The position numbers and the translations under genes are program-made. Positions 25,266-39,407 of a stretch of DNA of 64,000 bases are shown piece after piece. The stretch spans positions 18,662,001 to 18,726,000 of the forward strand of contig CP075492.1 of NCBI GenBank assembly GCA_021613535.1. Reading direction: 5' to 3'. The notes beneath the pieces are model-generated. The model was not told the DNA's origin, searched no databases, and saw nothing but the letters and a program-made list of their open reading frames with translations. Each line of letters starts with the position of its first letter. The stretch's first letter is position 1. The stretch comes from Adineta vaga (taxonomy: Eukaryota > Animalia > Rotifera).

Positions 25266-27194
25266 ATGGAAAATATTAAATACCGCCGAAGTGATAGTTT
25301 TCAAGATTTTCACAATGGCAATGATTCAAAAAAACGATTCATCGAGACAAAGAATCAGTGAGTGACATGACTATTTATTATATTTTAGAAATCTTCATGT
25401 CATTTGTTAAAGTATCACTCAATTCGAATATCTTGCCAATGAAACAATTTATGAAATATTTGAATATCTCGATTATTATCATATCTACAAAGCATTTTTC
25501 AATCTCAACATTCGGTTCCATTCACTTCTCATGGAATCAACTCTTCCACTGAAAATCAATCTCTTCACTATGTCTCGATCAGCATTCAATCAGTACAATC
25601 GCGATATAATCATACCGAATACATATCGAATTGAAACTCTTCGAATCGAAAATTATTTCATGTTCGACTATCGAGTACTTGCATTATTCAACAAAAGATT
25701 TCTTCGAACACTGATTCTTGAAAATATCGAAGAAAAATATTTGAAAAATGTTCTTGATCAATTAACTCCATTACCAAACTTATCATCATTGTCTATCGCA
25801 ACAGTTGACAAGTGTCCTCATCAAACCTCGATCTATGGACAGATATTTCGTTTACCTTTCTTGAAATACTGCAAGATATCAGCAGGAGACAGGTGCGACG
25901 GATATCTACCACCATGTGCTATGAACAACTACAGTCCAATTGAACATTTAATTATCGATAGTAGAATACAATGGAGTTGTCTGCATATATTTCTATCATA
26001 TGTTCCTCATCTTCGTCGTTTGCAAATCTCTTTAGATCGAATTCATCCATTCAGAGTAGAAAATCTTCCTTACTACACTATGAACAATTTGTTACATCTT
26101 TCTCTCGAAATGGGTTCTTTTGAAACCTATATGGAGTTACAAAAGCTTTTTAAAAATTATTTTCCATTTCTTGAAGTTTTACATATTTCACTCACTGAAC
26201 AAACTCTGAATGCTAACGAATGGGAACGAATTATTTCATTATATTTACCAAATTTACGTATATTTGATGTTCTCTTCAAAGTATTTCTTCGTGATGATAG
26301 AGAAAAAGCTGCATTCGACAAACAAGTCGATCTGTTACGATCTTCGTTTTGGATCAATCGGCAATGGTTTTTTGATTATAACTTATCGGAAAAATTGAGA
26401 AACAACGAGTATAGAATTCTATATTCAACAAATCCATACAGGTATCTTTATATATACGATTTCAACTAGATTAAAAACGTTTGTTTTGTTTCTTCAGAAG
26501 AAGAGATTATGAAATATTTAATGGATTGAGCGACATGATTCTTCCAAATGAATATACAATTTTCAAATCAGTTGATCATCTACTAATTAAAAGTGAAATG
26601 GCAATGGAAAATTGTGATAATTATTTTCCAAATGTTAATAAAATTACTATAGAAGACGAATTTTCTGCAACTTCTTGTCAAACAATTCCAATCAGTTTTA
26701 GACGTATGTTACCTTTAGAACAACTTCAAACGTTGATTATCAAGTGTCGTGATTTGTCTTTTTTCAAAATGATTGAACTCTTATCTTATGCACCTAATCT
26801 TCGTACATTAACTTCTCAATCAATTCTTTTTCATAATGAGAATGCAACATCGGTTAAAGAAAGTAAAATATTTCAATCAGTATCAGAGACAAATTGCATC
26901 AGAAATTTCATCTGTCACGGCAAATGTACGTTGGATATTGTTGAACTACTTGTTATGTTATTTCCTCACCTACAACACCTTGCAATTTATACAGAATTGA
27001 AAGATTTGGAAGTCATATTAGAATTTTTACTAAGTAAAGACAATGGTAATACATTTGACTTGTTCTTATTTTCCTTAATGTATGCAGATGAACGTTATCT
27101 TCATCTTATGAACAGTCAAATCAAGCTTAAATTTTTACCATATCGATGTAAATTCATTAACTTATTTCGTCGTGAATTATTTCTTTGCTTTTAA
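25266..27194 (+). CDS. F-box-like / leucine-rich protein, 3 exons
   Basis: ATG 25266; intron 25358-25412 gives ITQFEYLANETIYEIFEYLD (F-box-like) in frame with ORF 25531; LRR-like LxxLxI; FWINRQWFF..YSTNPY; second intron ~26442-26498. Confidence 0.8.
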
Positions 27195-27399
27195 TTTCGA
27201 TCATATAAATAGTTCTCGGTCATAAACGAAAATAAACTTGAACCTTTTGACTTCTGAAGCAATATTTCCACTGATATGAGTGTTTGACCGACTGATCATA
27301 GCATATTAATTACGGGTGTGGGTGAGGGTGTTCAATCTTCACCTACACCCACACCCGATCAAAACACAAACTATTTGATTCTATCATCGTGTTCTTTCA

Positions 27400-27860
27400 A
27401 TGATTTTATAACACTCCAAGGGATATTATCTTGATGGTCGTAGATTTCCAAAGTTTTGAGTGTCTATATGAAAAAAATAGGACAAGAGAATTACTTTGCT
27501 ATGCTTCAATGTTTCGGCAAGGTATTGTGCTCCAACAGTGCCGATGCTGTTGTTTTCAAGATTCAGTGTGATAAGTGCCTATCAACGGAAACGAAGATCT
27601 TTATGAAAAAGACAAACGCAAGAAGATAGTCACCGAGTTATTTCGTAGTGCATCAGCGAAATTTTGTCCACCACCAATCCCTATACGATTCATTCCAAAT
27701 CTCAGTGAAGTGAGTGTCTATTTTTTTAAAAGAAAATGAACTTATGGAAGATATAATAATAGAACACGGATCACTGTGTTATATTTTAAGACATCAGCGA
27801 GATATTGTGCTCCAGTAACTTCGACTTCATTCCCAATCAAGTTCAATGTTGTGAGTGTCT
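27400..27860 (-). pseudogene. 3' fragment of an RI-type LRR gene (28-aa exons)
   Basis: Exons TLTTLNLIGNEVEVTGAQYLADVLKYNT, TLTSLRFGMNRIGIGGGQNFADALRNNS and ALITLNLENNSIGTVGAQYLAETLKHSK. No upstream exons recognised beyond the hairpin repeat at 27878. Confidence 0.7.
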
Positions 27861-27877
27861 GTGCGTAAAAAAGAAGA

Positions 27878-27945
27878 GGGTGAGTGGGTGTGGGTGTAGA
27901 TGTGACTGAAGAAGATGTATCCACACCCACACTTACACCCGTCCT
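27878..27945. repeat. Telomere-like hairpin element
   Basis: gggtgagtgggtgtgggtgtagatgtgactgaagaagatgtatccacacccacac; same core as the 24568 copy. Confidence 0.8.
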
Positions 27946-28415
27946 CACTCATAGCCACAGTCACGGGCACATCCTCACACATACACACACCCTAACCAAC
28001 ACAAGTACTCAAACAAACCGAGACAAAAATACCACGCATGTGTTGCTGACTTTTCTTACGTGCAAAATTCTTCAATTTTCATAGTTTATAAAGAAAATTT
28101 TCGCAGGAAAAAACCCGTAAAATTTCATATCAACTCAAAATGTTGTGAAACTTTATCAACTTATCTTACATTGACTCAGGTGTGCACACGAAGGAAAAAA
28201 TCCTTCGAGATAGATAATGTTATTGTCAAGTAGACGTAGTGTTTATAGTTACTACTGATTTACAAAGATTATATATAATTCAGATCGCGCTTGCTGTTTA
28301 TTATTTTATTGATTTCGACGAAACAAACCGCTAAAACTATACATATTAATTAGCAAGGTAAGCATCAGACGGTCAATTTATTCATACTTTTATTTTCAAT
28401 AGGCAAATTCAACAA

Positions 28416-31400
28416 ATGACAAGCGAAAAAGTTCAAAATTTATTCAAGATCATTGATGATTCAATTGCAGCTGATAATTCATTCGAGAAAATCAATTCAT
28501 TATTTGGTGAAGTTTTTGTTTTATTAAATAAACTCGAAGTTGAAGATGAATCATTATATAATGCAGCTAAACATGAACATCATACAAAAAAATCTTCTTG
28601 TTTAAAATCATTTGGAAAAATAGAAGAATCTTTAGAAGAAGAAACATTAGCTATTCGATATGGATCGAAATTACCAAGAGCAATTCAACAAGAACCAATA
28701 AATCCTTTGCTATTACCATTACCAATGGAAGATAATGATGATGAATTAACGATTTCAAAAGCGAAAGCATTTATTGAAAAAAGTTTTCGAGATTTGGCAC
28801 AACACAGATTAATTTCAAATCAGATAAAAAATGAATTAGAAAATTTACTTATTGATTATCTTCTTCCAAATGAAATTCTATCATTTGAACAATATGATAA
28901 TTTAGAAAAATCATCTTCACAAATACATCTTATTGCAAAAACGTTTCAAGATCAAATTACTCTTGATAATAATCTAGAACAAATTGTAACAAACAATGAA
29001 ATTAATTCTGAAGATCCAATAACAGAAATTTCATTCCTTCTCACATTATTTGATACATCAATTGATAAAGGTTTAAATGCATATCGAAGAAATTTTTTTC
29101 AATTTCTTCTAATGAACAAAGGAAACTTGCGTGAAATTTTATTTTCAAATATTCCATTAACAAAAGAACGTATCAATTCTCATGCAAGAAAATTATCGAA
29201 AATCTTTCATCCAGATAAAGCATTAGATGAAAATGATAAAAATGACTTTCGAGAAATATTTGAATGTATTATTAATTCAAAAGAAAATTTATTAAATGAA
29301 TTAACACAAAATGGAACCATTTGCGATCGAGATTTAATTAAAAGATATACAAAAGAAGGACAAAAATTATGGGAAATTGCTCGAGATTATAGTCGAGCAA
29401 GAAATGCAAATTGGAATCAATTTGTTCATTTAAATGAAAATGAATTAAGAAATCGAACAGAAACTGAATTAAAGAAATTTCAAAAGATACATTCATTATT
29501 AGCTTATGAACAATATCGTGCAGCAGCATTAACACTTGGAATAGGAGGTACTGCAGAAGAACGTAGTGAATTAAGACGAATGATGGCGATTACACTTTAT
29601 ACAGGTGAAGAATATTTACAAGCACAAATGTATACAATTGCTGCAATGCATATTCTATTGAATGATACGAATACAAATGAAATTTATTCAAAAATAAACG
29701 GTTTACAAAAATTATTAGGAAAAATTCAAAGTACTCAACGTCAACCTACAACAACAACGACAACAACACCGTTATCGTCTTCAACTCAGCTTGTTTCTGT
29801 TAATAATCAACAGCCATCATCTTCACTTATATTAAAAGCTCAAATGCAAAACGAATTACGATCTATTGTACTTCAACAATGTTTAGTTCGAGGTGAAGAA
29901 AAACAACTTGAAACATCAAAAGAATTAATCTTAGCTGCGAAAACAAAAGTTACTCAATATAATTCTTTAACATTTGGAATGTTAACCACAACTGCTGGTG
30001 CTGCAGTTGCAACAGGTGCACAAGTATATCAGACAATATCAACAGGTTTATTATTAGGTTCAACAATTGGACCAGTTGGAATGGTTCTTGGAGTTACTGG
30101 AGGATTAATTATTATTGCTGGTGGTGCATTATTAACAAAGAAATCTTTTGATATTACTAATAAACTTGGTGATGAACCAATTATACGTGATATACTTAAT
30201 GAAAGATTATCAGAAGCAATGGATTATTGTAAACAACAAATGTATACGAAATTCTTAGAATCATTAGCTAGACCATATTGGAATGAGTCTTATCTAATCA
30301 GAATAGAAATTCATGGTGATTCTGTTGAAATTAAAATTGATTCTCAACATATTATAAAACAATTATTAAAACATGAATTTCGTCCAGATGGTATTGCTTA
30401 TTTATTAATATTACTTGGTGAAGCATTACTTAATAAACCAAAATTAAATGATAAAAATATAAATCTACGACAACCAACACAATCAACATTTAATGAATTA
30501 GCATCAAGTTTATTTCGAGATGTTTTCAAGAAAAATGATAAATTACAAGAAAAAGCGAAACAATTAGATTCACAAGTTCAAAAAAAACATCTAGATAATT
30601 TAACATTAAATAAATTTCAATATTATTGGCGTTCAATGATATCATCAAAATATTCATCGTATGTTTATTCAATACCCGAAGAATATTTTAAAGATGCATT
30701 AAAAACTCCATTTACAACTCGATTAGATGAATTGGGTGATATCGCTCGTTTAAATTATGCAATTACACAAATAATTATTGGTGGTGTCGATAATTTAGAT
30801 GAAAGTCAAGAAACAATTCTGGAAATCAAACGTAAACAAATTTCTACAGAGAATAATCAATTTTTCAAAGTATCACAATTAACAATGCAAGCTATTGATG
30901 ATTTAGTTATGGCATTTGGTCTTCAACCAAAATCTTTAATTGATAATGATTTATTAGTTTTAGAGAATAAAGTTTTATTTGAAAATATCAATATTATGAT
31001 GAGTGGAAATGTTCCTATTAATTGTGAATCTGTTAAAAGTGTATCAAATGCATCAGAACAATTAGAAGCTTTTTGTGAATTATGTAATATGGAAATTATT
31101 TTAACTCAAAAAGAATTTACTGAAAAAGTTAAAGATTTATTTACCAATGAATCAATGAAAGATAAGATTCAACGTATGATGATAAATGATGGAATAGATA
31201 ATATTAACAATTGGATTAATGAACATTTCTGTAAACAACAATGGATTTTATCTGAAATACATTTACCAATTCTATCGCATATATTTAATGTAGAAATTCA
31301 TATTTGTTCTGTTGAAATTCATTCAAATTATGGACGAGTATTTGTTGAACATAGTAATCATACATTTGATTCATCGAGTATTTTTGTTGTATTGAATGAT

Positions 31401-32929
31401 GAAAAGAATATAATTTGTTTATTCAAAATATGTGAATTAAAATTAAATTATTTACTTGATCAATTACATTTAGTTCAAGATATTCAATCAAAAATTCGTT
31501 TATATCATCAAATAGCTTTATATTATCGTTTAAAAGCTGAATATTATGAAACGATACATCGATTAAAAGCTTTACCAATGTGGAATAGTGCTAAAGAATA
31601 TTACTTAAATATCATTCAATTAGATAAAAATGATTTAAAAGCATCACTTGGTTATGGACGTTCTCTTATTATGCTTAGTAAATGGAAAAAAGCAACAGAA
31701 TTCTTACATGAAATCCTTCAATTGCATGAAGATTCGAATGAAGGATGGTATTTATTAGGTTTAGCATATCGAAAATTACGAATCTATGATAAAGCAGAAT
31801 ATGAAATTCGAAAATCACTTTCGAAATCATCAGATTATAAAGATGCTATCAATGAATTGCGAATAATTGAAACTTTACAAACCGAAAAAGTTGATGATCG
31901 TCTGAAAGTTTATGATCGTATGACAACGAGTGATACTCGCCGGAATGAAAACTCTTCAAATTTTAATATTTTATCGATTGATGGAGGTGGCATTCGAGGT
32001 TTAATGCCAGCTGTATGGTTAGCTGAAATTGAACGTCGTACAAATCGTTCAGCCGCATCGATGTTTCATATGATGGCTGGAACATCAACAGGTGCGATTA
32101 TTGCAGCTGGTCTATCTACTCCAAATCTTGATGATGTTTTCAAAGCTCGTTATCGAGCTGCTGATATTGTTGAACTTTATGTTAATCATTCAAATGAAGT
32201 TTTCAAAAAGCCATCAGGAAGATTTTATAATATGCGACGTTATTTATCACAAGAAGCAAAATATATTGATGATGGTCGAAAAACTTATTTGGAAAATATT
32301 TTGATCATACACTTTTATCACAAGTATTAACTGAATTAGTTATTCCAACTGTGAAAAATGATAAGCAAATAACACATTTATTTAATCGTTATGATTGTCG
32401 TCATAATCATGCACGTGATTATGAATTACAAGATATTCTTATGTGTACAACAGCAGCACCAACTTATTTTTCATCATATCAATTAGATAATTGTCAATAT
32501 ATTGATGGTGGCGTTCAAATAAATAATCCAGTTATGGCTGTATATGATGAAGCAATACGATATGGTAAATCAAAAGAAGATATTTTTATTTTATCACTTG
32601 GTACAGGTGATTATGTACCAAACCCGTTACATCCAAATGCGAATCGACATTTATTATTCTATGCAATGAATGTTCAACAAGTTTTGAATATTATTTGTGA
32701 CGGACCACAATATAATATGGATGTTCATATGTTATCGGTTTTAAATAAAGAAAAATATCAACGCTGGCAATTATGGTTCGAAGAACCAATTGAATTAGAT
32801 GCGTATAAAGAGCCATTTATTGAAATCTTATTTGATAAAGCACGAGCATTTTTTGAAGAAATGGAAGGTTATGATAATGATAAACGTTTAGGACTTTTGC
32901 TCGATCGATTAAAAGATGATGCACATTAA
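28416..32929 (+). CDS. Large J-domain / hydrophobic Gly-rich segment / TPR / patatin phospholipase protein with a single frameshift at ~32280
   Basis: RKLSKIFHPDK; Gly-rich hydrophobic stretch; TPRs (GWYLLGLAY); ILSIDGGGIRG, AGTSTG, TAAPTYF, IDGG, LSLGTG. Adding one A in the run at 32279-32283 joins the two ORFs. Confidence 0.85.
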
Positions 32930-32997
32930 TTTCAATAGTTTTCCAACTTTCATTGAAATTAATTTTTTGTTTTTGTAATCTTATAATAAAATTTTAA

Positions 32998-33051
32998 AGG
33001 TGTGGGTGTGGGTAAGGATAATATTCTTCTCTGCACCCATACCCACACCCA
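32998..33051. repeat. Telomere-like hairpin element
   Basis: ggtgtgggtgtgggtaaggataatattcttctctgcacccatacccacaccc; near-identical core at 36538-36605. Confidence 0.8.
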
Positions 33052-33343
33052 GGTTATATAATAATTAAAATTGATCGAATTAAAAGGGTGAAGGGTAAAC
33101 ATGGATAAGGACAATACTCATACCTGTTAGTTAAGAAACTTGTTTTGTTAGATTGAAGAAAAAACATAAGTTATAATTTTCTGAATAATTTCTGTCATGT
33201 ATTTTTTTTAATCTACACAGTATCCAGTAACATCATATGCAAAGCACGTTAAAGGACGTGTGATATATTATTTTGACGCTAATATTACTTCAAAACTCGT
33301 TCATGATTTCCATTCTATTAGTTAATTTACTTATATATTTTAG

Positions 33344-36300
33344 AAAAAAATCACAAGAAAGTAGAAGACAAGAAGCAGTATTAAAAAATATTTCTCAAAC
33401 TATAAATTTCCATGAACAATTATTAAAAAAAAGCATTATATCTATGATTGGTCTAGTCGTTATACTCTTAATTATTAATCATTCTGCAGGTAAAAAGAAA
33501 AATTGATCATTTTGTTTCTACTTAATCATATGATAGTCTTAATAAAAATACGCATTTGCCATTATACGAAAGAAGCTTTCAGAACTTAAAGGCACTCCTC
33601 CTCACAAATAATTTCCTAGTTTTTAATATTGCTTTGCTATAATTTTAAGGACTGAGTGACCTTAGTGAGATATGTGTTTCTGGTAAAAGTTTCAACAACT
33701 AAATTTCATCAGCCGAATGTGGGTGAAGATATTGTCCCTATGCATCCTCACCGACATTCTCGATTATGTCAAAAATGATTAGAAAACTGTCTTCTTTTGT
33801 AAAGGTGTGTCTTACAATCAGCCCAAATTTAGTTTATGTGCATTGTGGGACTCAAATGCAACTACATTTGCTGATGGCGATACAATTGGACAACAACCAT
33901 CGGGTATTTTTATCAACATACAAAACAATATTTATGTAACCGATAGAGAACATGGTCGTATTCTCATATGGGATAATGAAACATCGACTCCAACTAAAAT
34001 TATTAGTGAAGATTTGATCAAACCATGGAGTCTCTTTGTCACGACACAAGATGATATTTTTGTTGATAATGGTAATTTTAACAATCGAATCGACAAATGG
34101 ACAGTGAATACAACGACTCATAAATTCGTCATGAATGTTAATGGTTCTTGTACAGGATTATTTGTTGATATCAATAATAATCTTTATTGTTCGTTGGTAA
34201 ATCATCATCGCGTTGTTAGATTTACACTCGACAACCATCTTGCTCTACCAATGATTGTCGCAGGTACTGGTTGTCCTGGCCCAATAGCTAACATGCTCGA
34301 TCATCCACATGGCATCTTTGTCGACATTGGTTTCAACTTATACGTAGCAGATTCATATAACAATCGAATTCAACAACTTATGCCAAATCAAATGAATGCA
34401 ATCACTGTAGTTGGCTTTGGAGCAGCCGTGTATTTCATACTTAATAGACCGACATGTATTATAGTCGGTGTTGATGGTGATCTTTTTATTGTAGATAGTC
34501 ACAACCATCGAATCGTTCGATCGACAATACATGGAGTTCAGTGTTTAGTTGGATGCTCAGGTAAAAGTGGAGCCATGTCAAGTCAATTGCACAATCCACA
34601 AACAATGGCTTTTGACAGTAATGGTAATATATTTGTCACCGATGTGAACAATCACAGAATTCAAAAATTTATTCTCACTATTAACTCATGCGGTATGTCT
34701 GTTTCCTTTCGATTGGAAGATGAATATAGCGATTGTTTTTTTACGAAAGTATACAGAAGTGTACTATTAAGAGTATCGATGGATATGCTAGTACAGATAT
34801 TAAATGAGTGAAATTTCAACACTCACCTAATTTTCGAAAATAGATAACGATAGAAATATTTAATTTGCCAATCATATCAAGATTATTACTTCAATTATGT
34901 GTTTAGCTGGATAAAAGTTTTAGAAAAACTGAGAAAAAAAAATGATTATTATCATCAAACGTACATTAAAATTTTCACTTCAAGACGGAGTTAGATAGTT
35001 TTTAGTTACTTTTTTCAACTTATATCAAAAACATTTCCTGATCAAACTGAACTGAATTAGATGAAAGAAAAAGACGTACGAAATAATCTATTGATAAGTA
35101 CAACAATTGAAAAAGAATAAAAGTTCAGTGGGTAAACACCAAAATAAAATGCATAATTGCTCATTTGCCCTCTCCCTAATTACGCCACTGATCAGCAGTT
35201 GTTCTACGCTTATATATATTCGATCAAAAAATATTATATGTGTTAGTGCATAGACATTTTTTTCTATGCGCATTGAAATGCGTTAAAAAAGGCTAGTGTT
35301 ACAAAATCTTGCGTGTTTGTGTGATTATGAATTCGTCTATTGCGATCTCACTCGATACTATTATACTTAACATAGAACTATATGTGATTGTCAAAAAATA
35401 TGCTGAATTGAAATATCAATAGAAACAAATCACACGTTTATAAATACTCTCGTGATATTTTCTATATAATTCTAGAAACTACTACGTCGACGAAAACGAC
35501 TACTAGCACTACGACAATTACTGCTACGACGACGAAAATGACTACAAAATTTACAACGACACTATGTGAGAAGCAATCTTTTTACATTTCTGAATTGCTT
35601 TCATTCATTATAGTTTTACATGCATAATAGTGTTATAAAATTTCTAGATTAATTGAGTATAGCAATTAAGAATAACGAATAACTAGTTTGCTTAAATCCA
35701 AGAAAAATTATTCCAGATTTATGTGACAGAACTAAGCACTTATCACTTGATCTTCTATATTTTTGGGATTTCTAATATATAGAATAGTATTTGTTTGTGT
35801 ATATAGCGTGTTATTTCGGTAAAGATTATGTTAATCTCGTCGAAGGTGGACGACGTCATATTAGTCAATTAAAAGTCGGAGATCGAGTCTGGACATTAAG
35901 TCATGATGGCGAACATATAATCGAAGATGAAATCATGTTCATAGGACATGCTGTACCTAATACTCCGAGTTTGTATTATTCTCTATTCTGATTAGTTTTC
36001 TAAATAAATTATTTTAATTTAGCTTATTTTTATACATTCACCACAATTGAAGGACATACAATTAGTTTAACAGATGCAGATTATATAGTCGTTGCTACTA
36101 ATGATAAAATAAACATGGAAATTATTCATGCTTCAAAAGTAACACTTAACCATAAATTAATAATGGCTGGGCGTCGAATTAGTCTTGAAAAATAGTCTTT
36201 TCCATACGTATTGGTTATTATTCTCCAATAACACTTAGTGGATATTTACCTGTAAATAATATCTCAACATCAGTTTATAGTGATATGTAATTATAAAACA

Positions 36301-36558
36301 AATTCATATTTTAATACTATATACTGTTTTGTTTTCTTTAGTTTTCAGGCCTCACACGGTTTCCTTCATAAAATAGTTGCTCCATGTAGAATTTATTATC
36401 GAATAGCGAGATGGTTATTCGGTAATGATTACAATCCATTGGGAAATGGTATTGAAAATGATATTCATCCCATAGGAACATTTGTTCTAAATAATTATAA
36501 ACAAATTGAATTATTTTTCGTCATAATTCCTTTTATAAGGGTGTGGGTGTGGGTGTGA
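33344..36558 (+). CDS. Secreted NHL-repeat + Thr-rich stalk + Hint (Hog-like) protein, possibly decaying
   Basis: Signal-like exon ending 33489; NHL exon 33805-34692; Thr-rich exon 35476-35565; Hint exons from 35807 (S-CYFG..ISQLKVGDRV, ISLTDAD, GYYSPITLSG..VNN). Intron phases are compatible. Frameshift at 36188-36192. Confidence 0.75.
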
Positions 36559-36605
36559 GTAACGGTTATATTCTTCTCTGCACCCATACCCACATCCAAA
36601 CCCTC
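36538..36605. repeat. Telomere-like hairpin element replacing the end of the Hint gene ORF
   Basis: agggtgtgggtgtgggtgtgag...atattcttctctgcacccatacccacatcc. Confidence 0.8.
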
Positions 36606-37311
36606 GCTAGGCAAAGATTCCTTATTCATTTTCTTGTGCTGTTAAAATATATGTAAAAAGAGAAAAACAAGAATGTGAAGTTTTTGCATTCACAGTACAG
36701 AAATAATGTGTATGTATATGTATGTATGAAGCAAAAACAGTCAATTCACTGTTTTTCTTTTACATAGAAATAGAAGAAGAAAAATATTGTGCAATAACTC
36801 TTATTCACTTGAATACTGCGACAAATTGAAATTATGGATGTCGTACAGGTGTTTAATGATAATTAAAAATATCCATCAACCGAATCTGTATCTTTGGTGA
36901 GCGTGTGGGTAAGGGTTAGAAGAGCACTCACACCCGCATCAGTTTTACAAAGTGAAAAAGTATTGGCTGTTGGATGTAGAGATAATACTCATGTTTTGAT
37001 TAGTGCCGAACTGTACGACGCCATTGCAAAAACATAGAAACCTACCGGAAATATAACTAATGCGCGATACATACACACAGCAGGATGTGAGTGAGTGTGG
37101 AATTCGTTTTTTTTATCTAAGCCCACACCCACACTCAATATTAATAAATGACGATAAACATTCGAGTAACAGATTCCAGTTGAATCTGCACTTCGAAGGT
37201 CGAAAATAAACGATGTAGATGAGATTTTACCCACTTTTACGTTCTTCACTTGTTGTGTACTGAAAAGAACACGGTAAAAAAATTCATCATTAGACACGTA
37301 AAAAGAAGAAA

Positions 37312-39407
37312 ATGGCTGATGAAAAGTATTCTGAAATGGCTAGAACAATCTCTAAACAACCAATTCAACGATTTCGAAATGTTACAAAGAATTCTGACGA
37401 ATACGTTCTCCTCTGCTGTAACAAAGATATTGTGTCATCCGATGCTAATCTTGATATTCAGAAGAAAATGAGACAAATTATTGCTGATCTTAAGATCTTT
37501 GATAATCCAGATGCATGTCTTGACTACATGACTGATCTGAAAGATCAAAATATTATTCTTATTTTGTGCAGTTCTTATCATCATCCACTTATTTCCGTTA
37601 TTCATTGTCTACCAAAATTGTCTGCAATTTACGTTTATTGTTTCGAGAAAGAAATTGTCAAAGATTGGACGAAAAACTATACAAAAGTACGGCCTTGCTT
37701 TTTCCTATGCACAACATTAATGTGATCCATCTATTTTTTAAGATCAAAGGAATGTTTACCCAAATAAAAGATCTTGCGATATCTATTTTTACAGATCAGC
37801 GAGTGCGTGATGTTTCGTCTATAAGATGTTTTGATCAACAGCACATTAGAGACAAGTAAGATTATATTCGACTATGAGAATATGATCATAGAAGATATAT
37901 TGCTTATAGAGATTATTTCGAGCGAATTGCAGATGATGCAATTGTAATGAATATTTACAGTACACATCATACTGATACAACGGAAGATCGAGACTTAAAG
38001 AATGCCAATTTCATGTACTTTCAGGTTTTAATTGAAACTTTATTAGATATAACATCGAATCAAAATTCTTCAGCTAAACAAGATCTACTTGAACATTTTA
38101 AACAAATTTATAAAGGTAATATTGCTCAAGAGAATATTATTGAACAACTTGAACATGATTATAAATCCGAAGATGCTATTAAATGGTATACACGACCAAC
38201 TTTTCTTTTTAGTACTCTTAATCAAGCCCTTCGTAATTCTGATTTCGATGTTATCTTTGCTCTACGTTTCTTCATTAACGATTTACATAAAAATTTAGTT
38301 AATGCACATCAAACATTTTTAACTTTACATACCCCAGAAAATCCGGTAATTCATGTTTATCGTGGTCAAAATATTTCTGTCTCAGACCTTAACTTTCTTC
38401 GTCAAAATATTGGACAATTTGTCACTATGCAAAGTTTCTTAAGTACAAGTTTCGATCGAACAATTGCCAAGTTTTTCCTTGGCGCTGCTGCTCCTTCTAC
38501 AGTCGACACAGCAACTATCCTATTTGAATTTCATCTCGATAAACGTATTTCAAATACAAAATCTTATGCAAATATAAAAGAATTGTCCTACTTTCATGAT
38601 GAAGAAGAAGTTCTTATTATGTTAGGTAGTATATTTCGAATTAATCAAATCGAATATAATGATGAAGAAAATATATGGATTGGAATTTTAACTCTATGTA
38701 CTGATGATGATTATGAACTACAAGAATTAATGAAACATTTGAAAAAGGAAATTGGCGAAGGAATTACATCACCAGGCATTTTGTTACATCGACAAGGAAA
38801 TTATGAAAAAGCTGGAGAATATTTTCAACAAATATTATCTGATCCACTTCTTAGTGATCTTGATCGATCAAGATGTTATCGAGGTCTTGCTATGGTTGCA
38901 AATGCATTGCTTAAACATGATGAAGCGCTTGAAAATTATCAAAAACAGATTGAATTATTGAAGAATTCAAACGAAGATGAAGAAATTGGAAGTGCTTATA
39001 CATTTATAGGCGAAGTTTATTTGTTCAAAAAAGACCTTGATAGTGCTCTTTCTTATGAACAAAAAGCACTTGACATTCTTTTACCTTTACGTGCTCCTCA
39101 ACTGTCGAATGTTTATGCTATCATAGCTACAATTTATATGCAAAAGAAAGATTTTTCACAAGCTATTGAATATCATGAGAAAGCACTCGAAGAAGATCGT
39201 GGACGTGTACCAGAAGATCATCTGATTTTTGGAATAACCTATGCAAATATGGGTGCAACTTATCATTTAAATAGAGATTATATAAAAGCTTTGGAATATT
39301 ATAATAAAGCTCGAAAAATCTACTCAAAAACGATAGCACCCAATCATCCAAATGTATTGACTGTTGAAGAAAATATTCGTCGTGTGAACAAATTAATGAC
39401 TGAATGA
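37312..39407 (+). CDS. ART (R-S-E type ADP-ribosyltransferase) + TPR protein, apparently intact, 3 exons
   Basis: Receiver-like N-terminus (AIYVYC); AIKWYT, LNQALR, VYRGQ, FLSTS, LFEF, DEEEVL; C-terminal TPRs. Confidence 0.9.
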
